From contig OZ336888.1 in NCBI GenBank assembly GCA_965287045.1, forward strand, positions 15,934,001 to 15,998,000: a DNA stretch of 64,000 bases, written 5' to 3'. The stretch comes from Carcharhinus amblyrhynchos. Taxonomy: Eukaryota. The notes under the pieces were generated by a model. That model saw only the letters and a list, made by a program, of their open reading frames with translations. It was not told the DNA's origin and made no database searches. Numbering within the stretch: position 1 is the first letter of the stretch; the number at the start of each line of letters is the position of its first letter. This document shows, piece by piece, positions 39,801 to 54,800 of the stretch. Position numbers and translations under genes: made by a program.

Positions 39801-42800
39801 TGTAATTGCCTGAAAAGTAGCTGGTTTTTGAAGGCAACTTCATTGAGGAACTGTTCTGAATGGTAAGTGCTTCATATGTGGAAGGGAATGATTAATTTTA
39901 TAGTTTGCATATGGATATCTTTTTTCCTTCGCAATGTGGAACGATTTGCCACTCGAGGCTTTGACTGACATAGTAATGCTAAGATGAATAAAAAATCTTG
40001 GGAAACAATTACAGCAGTAATGAACAAATATTCTGTACAAATTCTGCTTCTCTTTAGGGCCAACACCATTCACAGGAACTGGAAGACCTACAACTTCAGA
40101 GACTACTGTCAGTGGTGAGTACTGTTTTTGGCATCCTCGTCCCCTGCAATTAATTTACTTGATGGGTAGATTAATATTGTTTCAAATTTGCTTGATTACA
40201 TAGGGCCAACAACAATGACTCTGTCAGGTTTACCAACTTTTTCTGTGACAGCAATTACTGGTGATTAGATCTCCTTACACATTATAACCCGATATTCATG
40301 TGGGGAATTTGTAATTTAATACTGTGCAGCATTTTTTCTGATACCTTGGACCAGCACCAACTGGGAGGATAGTAAATCCCATTGTTTCTAAAACTAAGAT
40401 GGGTGTATTTTCTTATTGTTACAATAATAGTTCAGAGCCTTAAATAATTAGCTTTCACAAGCAAACAACATTAGAAACTTGTGAAATTTAATGTGTTGCT
40501 GAGAGCAGGTTGATGATATTGTTATTTCCTCAGGCAACATGGCTGAGGAACTGTTCTGAAGAGAAACCTCAGAATTTTAGTGAGGGAAATATTGCTGATA
40601 TGCAAGAGAGTTTATGGATCATGTTTGATCCTTACTGAGATGCCAGCAATTCCTGGTTAAGAATTTGACTTTGCTTGTAACGAAACATTGCCTTGGAAAC
40701 AAATTGCAGTAGTAGTACATAAATAATCTATTCCAATTTTTATGCTGTTTAGGACCAACAAGAACTGCAGGAACTGGAGGACCAATCACTTCAGAGACCA
40801 CCATCAGTGGTGAGTTTCAGTTTATCATACTCACCACATGAAATTAATTTTTGTGCTTCCTGGACTAATGTTATTTCATATTACTTTTGCTCCTAGGCCC
40901 AATGACAATGACTGTGACAGGTACACTTCCTGTTTCTGAGAGCAGAATTACTGGTGAGCAGAGCTTCTTTCATGTTAAAAGCTGCTGTTGGTTTTGTGCT
41001 CAACCATACATCTACAGTTACATTGGACTGCAGGCGGGAGCAGGGCAGTCACTCAGATAGTTTCCGAAACTCTGATTCACAGTGACTGAATATATTCTCA
41101 GTGCCATATGATGTTTGTGATGCCAAGGTATCCCAGGCAAGAGACATGTCGTTGGTGCGTCATTGCAGTTCTCTGTATTTTCAGTCCATTCAGATGGAAG
41201 TATTTGAATGTGTACCAGTTGAGTTGTTCCCTATTGCTTTTGGTCAGCATCTTCTTGTTTGAATGTGCTTGTATTTGCTTTGTGCTGAATGTGAAATGGT
41301 CAACAGATCGAAATTATTGATTGCCTTCTTTCAGTTTTTGTATACATTTGCTTCTCAGTGCAGAAACTGTAAAAACATGCACATTGGTGTTTCTTTTGTC
41401 TTATTGCTAATTGATGCACATTCATGTTGACACTGGCAGAGCTTTTCATTGAAGGGAAATTGAAATATTAAGTGCTACCTGGCAGAGTAGATGTCTTGCA
41501 TTATCAATTCTAACATTTGGAAGAGGATAGTGTTCTTGAATATGGTTATTGATGAAAATGTAGGTTGTGCAACATGACCGTGAAGTCAGCTTGAGACTGT
41601 GAATGGCAGCATTTATGAATTTTAAAAAATAGTAATAAGGCAGACTGTCCAAACTTTAATAAGATCCTGATTTTGACATTCTGCATTGCTGTTAGGGAAG
41701 CCGATATTGACATTTAAAATTTGATATGTTTACATTTGCGTTTTGAAGAGGTAGGATTTTGGTGCTATTGACTTAAGATCGTTAAATCCATTTATTTGCA
41801 TGAATGATGATCCTAGAATCATAGAATCATAGAACCCTTCAGCCCATCGAGTCTGCACTGAACACAATCCCACCCAGACATACTCCCATATCCTTACATT
41901 AATCCCATTAACCTACATATCCCTGGCCACTAAAGGACAATTTCTTAGCATGGCCAATCAACCTAACCGCACATCTTTGGGCTGTTGGAGGAAACCGGAG
42001 CACCCGGAGGAAGCCCACGTGTCGAAAAGGCATCAGGAGATTTGAATGTATAATAATGCATGGCTTGTCTGTGACCGAAAGGCCAAACGGAAAGCACCTC
42101 ATTTGTAGACTTGCAGAACGACAGACTGTTTTACTTTGATTTGGCAGTATGGATAAACTTTGCTGGTGAAACGTATGTGCAGACAGACCGAAATAATAAT
42201 TCTCTCCAACAGAATAAATTGAAAGCAGTAAATTTCGATATCATAATGAATTCCTGGTCGGAAATGCCAGTGGGATTTTTGAAAGACATACCTCATTCTT
42301 TGGAAAATAAATGATTTAGCCACTGTTAAAACTTTATTTTCACTGGCAAATATTCTCCAAATAATTTTGGGAAAATTTAGTGCCACGTTTGCTGCCCCCA
42401 TGTTGAAGTTTTTGTAATTGCCTGAAAAGTACATGGTTTTTGCAGGCAACTTGGTCAAGGACCTGTTCTGAATGGTGAGTGCTGCATTTGTGGAGGAGAA
42501 TGATTCATTTTGTAGTTTGCCGACTCATATATTCTTTTTTCCTTCGCAATGTAAAAGAATTTGCCACTTGAGGCTTTGACTGACATAGTGATGCTAAGAT
42601 GAATTAAAAATCTTGGGAAGCAATTTCACCTTTAATAAATAAATATTCTGTACAAATTCTGCTTCTCTTTAGGGTCAACACCATTCACAGGAACTGGAAG
42701 ACCTACAACTTCAGAGACTACTGTCAGTGGTGAGTCTTGTTTTTAGCATCCTTGACACCTGAAATTAATTGATTTGATTGGTAGATTAATACTGTTTCAT

Positions 42801-45800
42801 ATTTGCTCGATTACATAGGGCCAACAGCAATGACTCCATCAGGTGTACCAACTGTTCCTGTGACAGCGATTACTGGTGAGTAGATCTCCTTAAACATTAT
42901 AAGCTGATTTATAGTTTAAACATTATAAGCTGATTAAATGTCTGTGCTCTTTAGGGCCAACAAGAACACCAGGAACCAGAGGTCCAACCACTTCAGAGAC
43001 CACCATCAGTGGTGAGTTTCAGTTTTATCGTACTCACCACATGAAATTAATTTGTGTGCTTCATGGACTCATCTTGTTTCCTATTATCTCTGCTCCCTAG
43101 GCCCAATGGGAATGACTGTGACAGGTACACTTCCTGTTTCTGAGAGCAGAATTTCTGGTGAGCAGAGCTTCTTTCATGTTAAAAGCTGCTGTTAATTTTG
43201 TGCTAGTTGTGATTTTTAACGCTACCCTCTGTCTACAGTTACGTAGGACCTGCACGCTGGAGCAGGGCAGTCACTCAGATAGTTTCTGAACCTGTGATTA
43301 AGAATGATTGAATGCAATCTCAGTGTCATACGATATTTGCGATGCTGAGGTGTCCCAGGCAAGGGACATGTTGTTAGTGTGTCTTTGCAGTTCACTGTAT
43401 TTTCAGCCCATTCAGATAGAAGGGTTTGAATGTGTATCAGTTGAGTTGTTCCCTATTGCTTTTGGTTAGCATCATCTTAGTTGAATGTCCTTGTTTTTCT
43501 TTGTGGTGATGGTGAAATGGTCAACAGATAGGAATTAGTGATTGCTTTATTTCAGTTTTTGTACACATTTGCTTCTCAGTGCAGAAACTGTAAACACGTG
43601 CATTTTGGTGTTTCGCTTGCCTGCTAATTGATGTATATTCATGCTGACACTGAAGGAGCTTTTCAGTGAATGGAAATTGGAACAGTCAATGCTACCTGAT
43701 AGAGTAGATATCTTGCATTATCAATTATAATGTTTGAAAGTGGGCAGTGTTATTGAATATGATTATTGATATAATGTAGGTTGTGTCCGTGACATCCATG
43801 AATGGCAGCATTTATGAGGCAGACTGTCCAAACTTTAATGAGCACTGGAAGATCCTGGTTTTGATATTCTGCATTGCTGTTTTGGAAGCATATATTTTGA
43901 AATTTAAAATTGAACATATTTTCATTTCCATTTTGAAGAGCGAGGATTTTGGTGCTATTGATTTTAGATCGCTCAATGCAATTATTCACATGAATGATGA
44001 TTGGTAAGGCATCTGGAGATTTGAGATTTACAATCATGCATGGTTTATCAGTGACCAAAAAGCCTACTGGAAAGCTCTTATTTGTAGGCTTGCAGAACGA
44101 CAGAATCTTTTATTTAGTTTGGCAGTATGACAGACCTTGCTGGTGAAATTTTTGTGCAGATTGTCAGACACAATTATTCCTTCCAACAGAATAAATTCAA
44201 AGCAGTAAACTTAAATATCATAATGAATTCCTGATCAGAAATGCCACTTCTTCAGCATTATTTTTGAAAGACACACTTTATTCTTTGGAAAACAAGTGAT
44301 TTAGTCAGTTTTGACATTTCACTTTGACTGGCAAATGACATCCAAATCATTTTGAGAGAATTTAATGCTATATTTGCTGACTTCATGTTGAATTTTTTTT
44401 GTGATTACCTAGAAAATAGCTGGCTTTTGAAGGCAACTTGGTCAAGGAACTGTTCTGAATGATAAGCGCTGCATTTGTGGCAGGGAATGATTAACTTTGT
44501 AGTTCGTGAATGGATATTTTCCTTTTTCCTTCCCAATGTGGAGCCATTTGCTACTTGAGGCTTTGAATGATATAATAATGCTCAGATGAATAAAAAATCT
44601 TGGGAAACAATTGCAGCCGTAATGAATAAATATTCTGTACAAATTCTGCTTCTCTTTAGGGCCGACACCATTCAGAGGAACAGGAAGACCTACAACTTCA
44701 GAGACTATCGTCAGTGGTGTGTATTGTTTTTGGCATCTTCATCACCAGAAATTAATTTATTTGTTGGGTAGATTAATATTGTTTCAAATTTGCTCCACTC
44801 CTTAGGGTCAACAGCAATGACTTCATCAGGTGTACCAATTGTTCCTGAGACAGCAATTACTGGTGAGTAGATCTTCTTACATGTTAGAACCTCATATTAA
44901 TTTCGAGCTATTTGTAACTTAATGCTCTGCAGCACTTTTTCCCTTGCCTTGGACCAGCATCAAGTAGAATGATAGTAAATCCCGTCGTTTCTAAAATGAA
45001 GAGTAATGATGTATGTATTCATTCACAGTGTCACAATAATATTTCAAAACCTTGAATAATTAGTTTTCACAAGCAAACAACATTTGAAACTTGTGAAATT
45101 TAACATTGTTTTGCTGAGAGTAGGTCAATTATAGTGTTATTCCTTCAGGCAACATGCCTGAGGAATTGTTCTGAAAGGAAACCTCAGAATTTGAGTGAGA
45201 CAATTATTGCTGAACTGCGCTATAGTTTATGGGTCATGTTTGTTCCTTACTGCGGCGCAAGCAACACCTGGTTAAGAATTTGACTAAGATAACGATGCTT
45301 ATAATTAAACATTTCCTTGGAAATGAATTGCAGTAGTAGTGAATAAATACTGTGTCCAAATGTCTGTGCTGTTTAGGGCCAACAAGAGCTGCAGGAACTG
45401 GAGGACCAACCACTTCAGAGACCACCATCAGTGGTAAGTTTCGGTTTTATCATACATGCCACATTAAATCAATTTTTGTGCTTTGTGAACTAATTTGTTT
45501 CATATTATCTCGGCTCCCTAGGGCCAGTGGCGATGACTGTAACAGGTACACTTCCCATTTCTGAGAGCAGAATTACAGGTGAGCAGAGTTTCTTTCATGT
45601 TGTGAGCTGCTGTTAGTTTTGTGCTATTTGTGATTTTTAATGCTACCGTAGGTGTATAGTTACGTTGGACCTGAACCAGCTAGCAGGGCAGTCTCTCAGA
45701 TTGTTTGTTACATTTTCAGAAACTATGATTGAATGTATTCTCAGTGTCATACGATGTTTGCAATGCCAAGGTGTCCCAGGCAAGGGACATGTTGTTGGTG

Positions 45801-48800
45801 CGTCATTGCAGTTCACTGTATTTTCAGTCCATTCGGATGGAAGGGTTTGAATGTGTACTAGTTGCGTTATTCCATATTGCTATTGGCAAGCGTCTTCTTC
45901 TTTGTATGTGCTTGTTGTTGCTTTGTGCTGATGATAAAATGGTCAACAGGTCGGAATCATGATTGCTTCATTTCAGTTTTTGTATACATTTGGTTCTCTG
46001 CGCAGAAACTGTAAAACATGCGTGTTGGTATTTCTCTTATCTTATTGCTAATTGCTGCATATTCATGTTGACACTGACAGAGCTTTTCATTGAAGGAAAA
46101 TTGGAATAGTAAGTGCTACCTGACAGAGTAGATGTCTTGCATTATCAATTATAGCATTCAGAAGAGGACAGTGTTATTGAATATGATTATTAATGATAAT
46201 GCGGATTGTGCGGCATGCCCCTGAAGTCAGCTTGAGACCATGAATTGCAGCATTTGTGCATTTGAAAAGATAGTAATAAGGAAGACTTTCCAAACATTAC
46301 TGAGCACTGGTTGAAGCTGGTTTTCACATTCTGCATTGCTGTTTTAGAAGCGTATATTGAAATTTAAAACGTTTATATATTGACATTTGCATTTTGAAGA
46401 GCAAGGATTTTGGTGCTATTAACTTTAGATTGCAAAATCCATTTATTTGCATGAATGATGATTGGTAAGAGATCAAGAGATTTGAGATGTACAACAAAGC
46501 ATGGTTTGTCTGTGACCAAAAGGCTGAATGGAAAATATCTCATTTGTAGAATGACAGAGTGTTTTATTTTGGTTTGGCAATATGATAGATCTTGCTGGTG
46601 AAATTTATATGCATACAGACAGACATAATTATTCCTTCCAACAGAATAAATTCAAAGCTGTAAACTTCAATATCATAATGAATTCCTGATCGGAAATGCC
46701 ACTTGTTCAGTGGATTTTTGGAAGACATACCTTATTTTTTAGAAAATAAATTATTTAGTCACTGTCAAAATTTCACTTTCCCTTGCAAATAATATCCAAG
46801 TAATTTTGAGAAAATTTAGTGCCACATTTGCTGACCCCGTGTGGAATTTTTTGTAATTGCCTGAAAAGTAGCTGGTTTTTGAAGGCAACTTGGTTGAGGA
46901 ACTGTTCTGAATGGTGAGCGCTGCATGGGTGGAAGGGAGTGATTAATTTTATAGTTTGCGTATGGATATCTTCCTTTTTCCTTCGCAATGTGGAATGATT
47001 TGCCACTTGAGGCTTTGACTGACATAATGATGCTAAGGTGAATAAAAAATCTTGGGAAACAATTGCAGCATGAATGAATAAATATTCTGTACAAATTCCG
47101 CTTCTCTGTAGGACTGACACCGTTCACAGGAACTGGAAGACCTACAACGTCAGAGACTACTGTCAGTGGTGAGTCTTGTTTTTAGGATCCTCATCACCTG
47201 AAATTAATTTATTTGATTGGTAGATTAATATTGTTTCAAATTTGCTTGATTACATAGGGCCAACAGCAATGACTCCATCAGGTGTACCGACTGTTTCTGT
47301 GACAGCAATTACTGGTGAGTAGATCTCCTTAGAAATTATAACCCGATATTCATGTTGGGGAAAATTTGTAATTTGATACTGTGCAGCATTTTTTCTGATA
47401 CCTTGGACCAGCACCAACTCGGATGATAGTAAATCCCACTGTTTCTGAAATGAAGATGGGTGTATTTTCTCATTGTCGCAATAATATTTCAGAGCTTAAA
47501 TAATTAGCTTTCACAAGCAAACAACATTGGAAACTTGTGAAATTTAATGTTGTGTTGCTGAGAGCAGCTGAATGATATTGTTATTCCCTCAGGCAGCATG
47601 ACTGAGGAACTGTTCTGAAGGGAAACCTCAGAATTGGAGTGAGGGAATTATTGCTGATATGCAAGATAGTTTATGGAACATGTTTGATTCTTACTGAGGT
47701 GCCAGCAATTCCTGGTTAAGAATTTGATTAAGATAATGATGCTTATAACCAAACATTTCATTAGAAATGAATTGCAGTAGTAGTACATAAATAATCTGTC
47801 CCAATTTTCATGCTGTTTAGGACCAACAAGAACTGCAGGAATTGGAGGACCAACAACTTCAGAGACCACCATTAGTGGTGAGTTTCAGTTTATCATACTC
47901 ACCGCATGAAATTAATTTTTGTGCTTCCTGGACTAATGTTATTTCACATTATTTCTGCTCCTAGGCCCAGTGGCAATGACTGTGACAGGTACACTTCCTG
48001 TTTCTGAGAGCAGAATTACTGGTGAGCAGAGCTTCTTTCATGTTAAAAGCTGCTGTTGGTTTTGTGCTAGTTGTGGTTTTTAGCTCAACCATACATCTCC
48101 AGTTATGTTGGACCTGCAGGCGGGAGAAGGGCAGTCACTCAGATAGTTTCCGAAACTGTGATTAAGAATGATTGAATGTATTCTCAGTGCCATACGGTGT
48201 TTGCGGTGCCAAGGTGTCCCAGCCAAGGGACATGTTGGTGCGTCATTGCAGTTCTCTGTATTTTCAGTACATTCAGCTGAAAGGGTTTGAATGTGCACCA
48301 GTTGAGTTTTTCCATATTGCTTTTGATAAGCATCTTCTTGGTTGAATGTGCTTGTATTTGCTTTGTGCTGAATGTGAAATGGTCAACAGATTGGAATTAT
48401 TGATTGCCTTCTTTCATTTTTTGTATATATTTGCTTCTCAGTGCAGAAACTGTAAAAACATGCACGTTGGTGTTTCTCTTGTCTTATTGCTAATTGATGC
48501 ACATTCATGTTGACACTGAGTTTTTCATTGAAGGGAAATTGCAATATTAAGTGCTACCTGACACAATAGATGTCTTGCCTTATCAATTCTTGCGTTTGGA
48601 AGAGGATAGTGTTATGAATATGATTATTGATGAAAACATAAGTTGTGCAACATGACTGAGACTGTGAATGGCAGCATTTATGAATTTAAAAAGAAAATAA
48701 GGCAGATTGTCCAAACTTTAATGAGCAGTTGTAGATCCTGGTTTTGACATTCTGCATTGTTGTTTTGGAAGCATATACTGAAATTTAAAATTTGATGTAT

Positions 48801-51800
48801 TTACATTTATGTTTTGAAGAGCCAGTATTTTGGTGCTCTTGACTTCAGATTGTTAAATCCATTTATTTTCATGAATGATGATCGATATGGCATCAGGAGG
48901 TTTGAGATGTACAATAATGCATGGTTTGTCTGTGACCGAAAGGCCGAGTGGAAAGCATCTCATTTGTAGACTTGCAGAACAACTGACTGTTTTATTTTGA
49001 TTTGGCAGTATGGATAAACTTTGCTGGTGAAATGTATGTGCAGACAGACAGAAATAATTATTCCCTCCAACAGAATAAATTCAAAGCAGTAAATTTCAAT
49101 ATCCTAATGAATTCCTGATCGGAAATGCCAGTTGGATTTTTGGAAGACATACCTCATTCTTTGGAAAATAAATGGTTTAGCCGCTGTTAAAACTTTATTT
49201 TCATTGGCAAATATTCTCCAAATAATTTGGGCAAAATTTTGTTCCGCATATGCTGACCCATGTTGAAGTTTTTGTAATTGCCAGAAAAGTAGCTGGTTTT
49301 TGCAGGCAACTTGGTCAAGGACCAGTTCTGAATGGTAAGCACTGCATTTGTGGAAGGGAATGATTAATTTTGTAGCTTGCGTACCAATATTTTCCTTTTT
49401 CCTTCGCAATGTGGAAGCATTTGCCACTTGCGGTTTTGACTGACATACTGATGCTTAGATGAATTAAAAATCTTGGGAAGCAATTTCACCATTAATGAAT
49501 AAATATTCTGTCCGAATTCTGCTTCTCTTTAGGGCCAACACCATTCACAGGAACTGGAAGACCTACAACTTCAGAGACTACTGTCAGTGGTGAGTCTTGT
49601 TTTTAGCATCGTCATCATCTAAAATTAATTGATTTTATTTTTAGATTAATATTGTTTCAAATTTGCTCAATTACGTAGGGTCAACAGCAGTGACTCCATC
49701 AGGTGTACCAGCTGTTCCTGAGACAGCAATTACTGGTGAGTAGATCTCTAACACATTATAACCTGATGATAATTTTGAGCAATTTGTAATTTTAATACTC
49801 TGCAGCATTTTTCTGTTAACTTGGACCAGCAACACTTCAGATGATAGTAACTCCAGTTGTTTCTGACACTGAGAGTCATAATGAGTCTGTTAGTTCACAT
49901 TGTCACAATAATATTTCGGAATCTTGAATAATTAGCTTTCACAAGCAAACAACATTTGAAACTTGTGAAATTTAACATTGTGTTACTGAAAGCAGGTCAA
50001 TGATATTGTTATTCCTTCAGTCAACATGCCTGAGGAACTGTTGTGAAAGGAAACACCAGAATTTGAGTGAGGGAATTATTGCTGATCTTGAGAATGTTTA
50101 TGGGTCATGTTTGATCCTTACTGAGGTGCAAGCAATTCCTGGTAAAGAATTTGACTAAGATAACGATGCTTATAATTAAACATTTGCTTGGAAATGAATT
50201 GCAGTAGTAGTGAATAAATGCTCTGTCCAAATGTCTGTGCTGTTTAGGGCCAACAAGAACTGCAGGAACTGGAGGACCAACCACTTCAGAGACCACCATC
50301 CGTGGTGAGTTTTGATTTTACCATAACTGTCGCATTAAATCAATTTGTGTGCTTCATGGACTCATCTTGTTTCATATTATCTCTGCTCCCTAGGCCCAAT
50401 GGGAATGACTGCAACAGGTATACTTCCTGTTTCTGAGAGCAGAATTACTGGTGAGCAGAGCTTCTTTCATGTTAAAGGCTGCTGTTAGTTTTGTGCTATT
50501 TTTGATTTTTAACCCTTCCCTAGGCCTACAGTTATGTTGGACTTGCACAAGGTAGCAGGGCAGTCCCTCAGATAGTATCTAAAAATGTGACTAACAGTGA
50601 TTGAATGTATTCTCAGTGTCATACGATGTTTGTGATACCAAGGTGTCCTTGGCAAGTTTCATGTTGTTGGTGCGTCATTGCAGTTCACTATATTTTCAGT
50701 CCATTCAGGTGGAAGGGTTTAAATGTGTACCAGTTGAATTGTTCCATATTGCTTTTGGTCAGCATCTTTTTGTTTGAATGTGCTTGTTTTTGCTTTGTCC
50801 TGATGGTAAAATGGTTAACAGATAGGAATTAGTGATTTCTTTATTTCAGTTTTTCTACACATTTGCTTCTCAATGCAGAAGCTGTACAAAGAACAAAGAA
50901 CAACCCAGCACGGGAAACAGGCCCTTCGGCCCAACGAGCCCGCACCGCCGCATCTTCCTACTCCTACCCTGCCCTTTGTGTATGTGAGTGGAACCCCTAA
51001 TGTAGTCAGATTCAGGGGAGAATAGTGTCAATTTGGTACACCAATCAGCCTCAGAGCACATCTTTGGGGTGTGGGAGGAAACTGGAGTGCCCAGAGGAAA
51101 CCCACGCAACCACAGGGAGAATGCGCAAACTCCCACAGACGCAAGCCCAAATCCATGTATCTGCACAGCTAGCAGTGATAGTCACTGAGCTGTTGTGGCG
51201 CCCGTCTGCTGGTCCAGGATTAAGCACACACAACGACATGAAGTACTAGGCCACTCCCGGAACCTCCAAGAGCAGCCCACGCACGACCCACCGTGTGCAT
51301 GCTCCTCGTTTGACAACAAGGTGGACCAACACCTGTGGAATAAAAAGACAAAACATTAACATGTAATACTACATTTCCGGTGTCGTCCCGAGGCTCTGAC
51401 CCTATTTAATACACTCTAGTATAACCCTCCATCCTTGTTTCGCTCATGTGTCTATCTACGTAAGCCTTAAACAAGTCCAATGTGCCTGCCTCCACCACCC
51501 TACTCGGTAGCGTGTTCCATACCCCCACGACCCTCTGCATGAAAAACCTTCGTCTCATATCCAAATTATACTTCTCCCCCCTCACCCTTAGATCGTGACC
51601 TCTCTAGGGAAAAGCCTACCACTGTTGACTCTATCTATTCCCTTCAGTATTTTATACACCTCTATCATATCGCCCCTTAATCTCCGTCTTTCTAAGGAGA
51701 AGAGCCCCAGTTTCTCCAACCTTTCCTCGTAACTCAGTCCTTCCATGCCAGGCAACATCCTGGTAAACCTCCTCTGCACCCTCTCTAGGGTCTCCACGTC

Positions 51801-54800
51801 CTTCCAGTAGTAAGGTGACCAGAACTGGACGCAGTACTCCAAATGCGGTCTAACCAACGTTCTGTACAACTGATGCATTAGACGGCAGCTCTTATACTCT
51901 ATACCCCTTCCTATAAAGGCTAGCATTCCATAAGCTTTCTTCACAACCTTCTCGACTTGTGTTGACACCTTCAGAGACTTGTGCACCTGCTCTCCCAGGT
52001 CCCTCTGTATTTCTATACTCTTAATCGGTCTACCTTTTATCACGTAACTCCTCCCTGCATTATTCCTTCCAAAATGCATCACCTGTAAAGACATGCGTTT
52101 TGGAGTTTCACTTGCTTCACTGCTATAGGATGTATATTAATGCTGAGACAAAAAAGCTTTTCATTGAAGGAAAGTTGGAATATTAAGTGCTACTTGACAC
52201 AGTAGATGTTTTGCATTATCAGTTATAACATTCAGGGACGTATTTTACACAGAGCGTGGTGGGGGCCTGGAATGCGCTGCCAAGCAGGTTGGTGGTGGCG
52301 GACGCACTAGGATCGTTAAGACTTACCTGGATAGTCATGTGAGCAGACTGGGAATGGAGGGATACAGAAGAATAGTCTATTTGAACCAATGAGCGGCGCA
52401 GACTTGGAGGGCCGAAGGGCCTGTTTCCTGTGCTGTTTCGTTCTTTGTCTTTGTTCTTTGTTCTCTGCATTCAGAAGAGGGCAGTGTTATTGAATATGAT
52501 TATTAATGATGATGCAGGTTGTGCGGCATGCCCCTGAAGTCAACTTGAGACCATGAATTGCAGCATTTGTGAACTTGAAGGAAGATAATAATAAGGAAGA
52601 CTTTCCAAACATTAATGAGCACTGGTATATCTGGTCTTGACATTCTGCATTTCTGTTTTAGAAGTGTATATTGAAATTTAAAATTTGATATGTTTACATT
52701 TGCGTTTTTAAGAGCTAGGATTTTGGTGCTCTTAACTTTAGATCGCTAAATCCATTTATTCGCATCAGTGATGACTGGTAAGGGATCAGGAGATTTGAGA
52801 TGTACAATAATGCATGGTTTGTTTGTGACTGAAAGGCCGAATGCAAAGCATTTGTAGATTTGCAGAATGACAGAGTCGTTTGTTTTGGCTCAGCAGTGTG
52901 ATGGACCTTGCTGGTGAAATTTATATGTAAACATACAGACGTAATTATTCCTTCCAACAAAGTAAGTTTGAAGCAGTAAAGTTCAATATCATAATTTCCT
53001 GATCTGGAATGTCACCTGCGGGATTTTTGAAAGACATACGTTATTCTTTGGAAAATAAATGATTTAGTCACTGTTAAAATTTCACTTTCACTGGCTAATA
53101 ATATCCAAATAATTTTGGGAAAATTTAGTGCCACATTTGCTGACCCCATGTTGAATGTTTTGTAATTGCCTGAAAAGTAGCTGGTTTTTGAAGGCAACTT
53201 GGTGGAGGACCTGTTCTGAATGGTAAACACTGCATTTGTGGAAGGAAATGATTAATTTTGCAGTTAGTGAATGGATATTTTCCTTTCTCCTTCTCAATGT
53301 GGAACCGGTTGAGGCTTTGACTGACATAATGATGCTAAGATGAATAAAAAATCTTGGGAAACAATTTCACTGTTAATGAATAAATATTGTGTACAAATTC
53401 TGCTTCTCTTTAGGGCCAACGCCATTCACAGGAACTGGAAGACCTACAACTTCAGAGACTACTGTCATTGGTGAGTCTTGCTTTTAGCATCTTTGTCATC
53501 TGAAATTAATCGATTTGATTGGTAGATTAATATTGTTTCAAATTTGCTCGATTACATGGGGCCAATAGCAATGACTCCATCAGGTGTACCAACTGTTGCT
53601 GAGACAGCAATTACTGGTGAGTAGATCTCCTTACACATTGTAACTTGGTGTTAATGTTAAGCAATTTGTAATTTAATACTCTGCAGCATTTTTCCTGTTA
53701 ACTTGGACCAGCACCGACTTGGATGTTGTAACTTCCATTGTTCCTGAAACGAAGGGCCTGATTTTACCATTTTCATTCTAAGTGCCGATTCTGGGCATAG
53801 TACGGATCTGACTTTGAAATCTGCTTTCAGGCGCCCCCATCCGCTCTGAGCCATCTCCAGTCCGATTCGTGTTCTGGGCAGGGCTTATCGCTTTGGGAAC
53901 CATAGGAGCTCTGAACTGTGCTTGCGCAGTTAGAAAAAAATTGGAATTGCTCCTGTGCTGCAGAAAGATGAGAAATGGGCCTGGGAGCGAAAAGCAGGAG
54001 TGAGGTTGGATCTTGGATTGGGGAGGAGGCAGGCAGGTAAGATGTATCTCGTTGGCAGGTGGATAACCGGGGGCAGTGATGTGTGTGGGTAGTGGGGGGG
54101 GTGGATAAGGAGGACACGCACACATCACCACCCTCCTTATCCACCCCCCCACTACCCAGACCGATCGCCACCCCTGCAACCCTCCCACCCGACTGATTTC
54201 CCACTGAGTGGCAGAGGACCCCCCCTAGCTCCCCCACAAGAGATCTATCTGCCATCTGCCGCACCCCCTTCTCCCCCCCCCCCCCCACAAGAGACCCACC
54301 TCCCTCCTCCCTCCTCCCACTCCCCAAGACAACGATCTGGCCTCACACCACCACCCCCCTCCCCGACAACGAACTTGTATCAGTTCCCCCCCAGCTATCC
54401 AGAAAATGGCCTGGCTTCACTCCGCCTCCTCTACAGAAGAACATCTGACCCATCTCCTCCCCCCACCACCATCAGACAATGATCAGCCTCCCCCCACCAT
54501 CAGCCCTCCCCCCGGCACCAAACAAGGAACAGCCCTCCCCCCCCACCACCAGACAACGATCAGCCCTCCCCCCCCCCACAACCAGACAACCATCAGCCCT
54601 CCCCCCCACCACCAGACAATGATCAAACCCCCCTTCCCCCCGTGATACATCTGACCCCCCCTCCTCTTCCTCCCCTCCCAACCAGACAACGATCTGACCT
54701 CACTCCCCTCCTCCCCACTCCAAGCAGAGAATGATCTGGCCCGCCTCCACCCCCACCCCCACCACTGATCTGAGTCGGAGAGCCATTGCAAACACTGAAC

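Noticed and set aside
53778-54791. Pro-rich and Gly-rich ORFs
   Set aside because: Products of low-complexity C/G tracts inside the TIR element.
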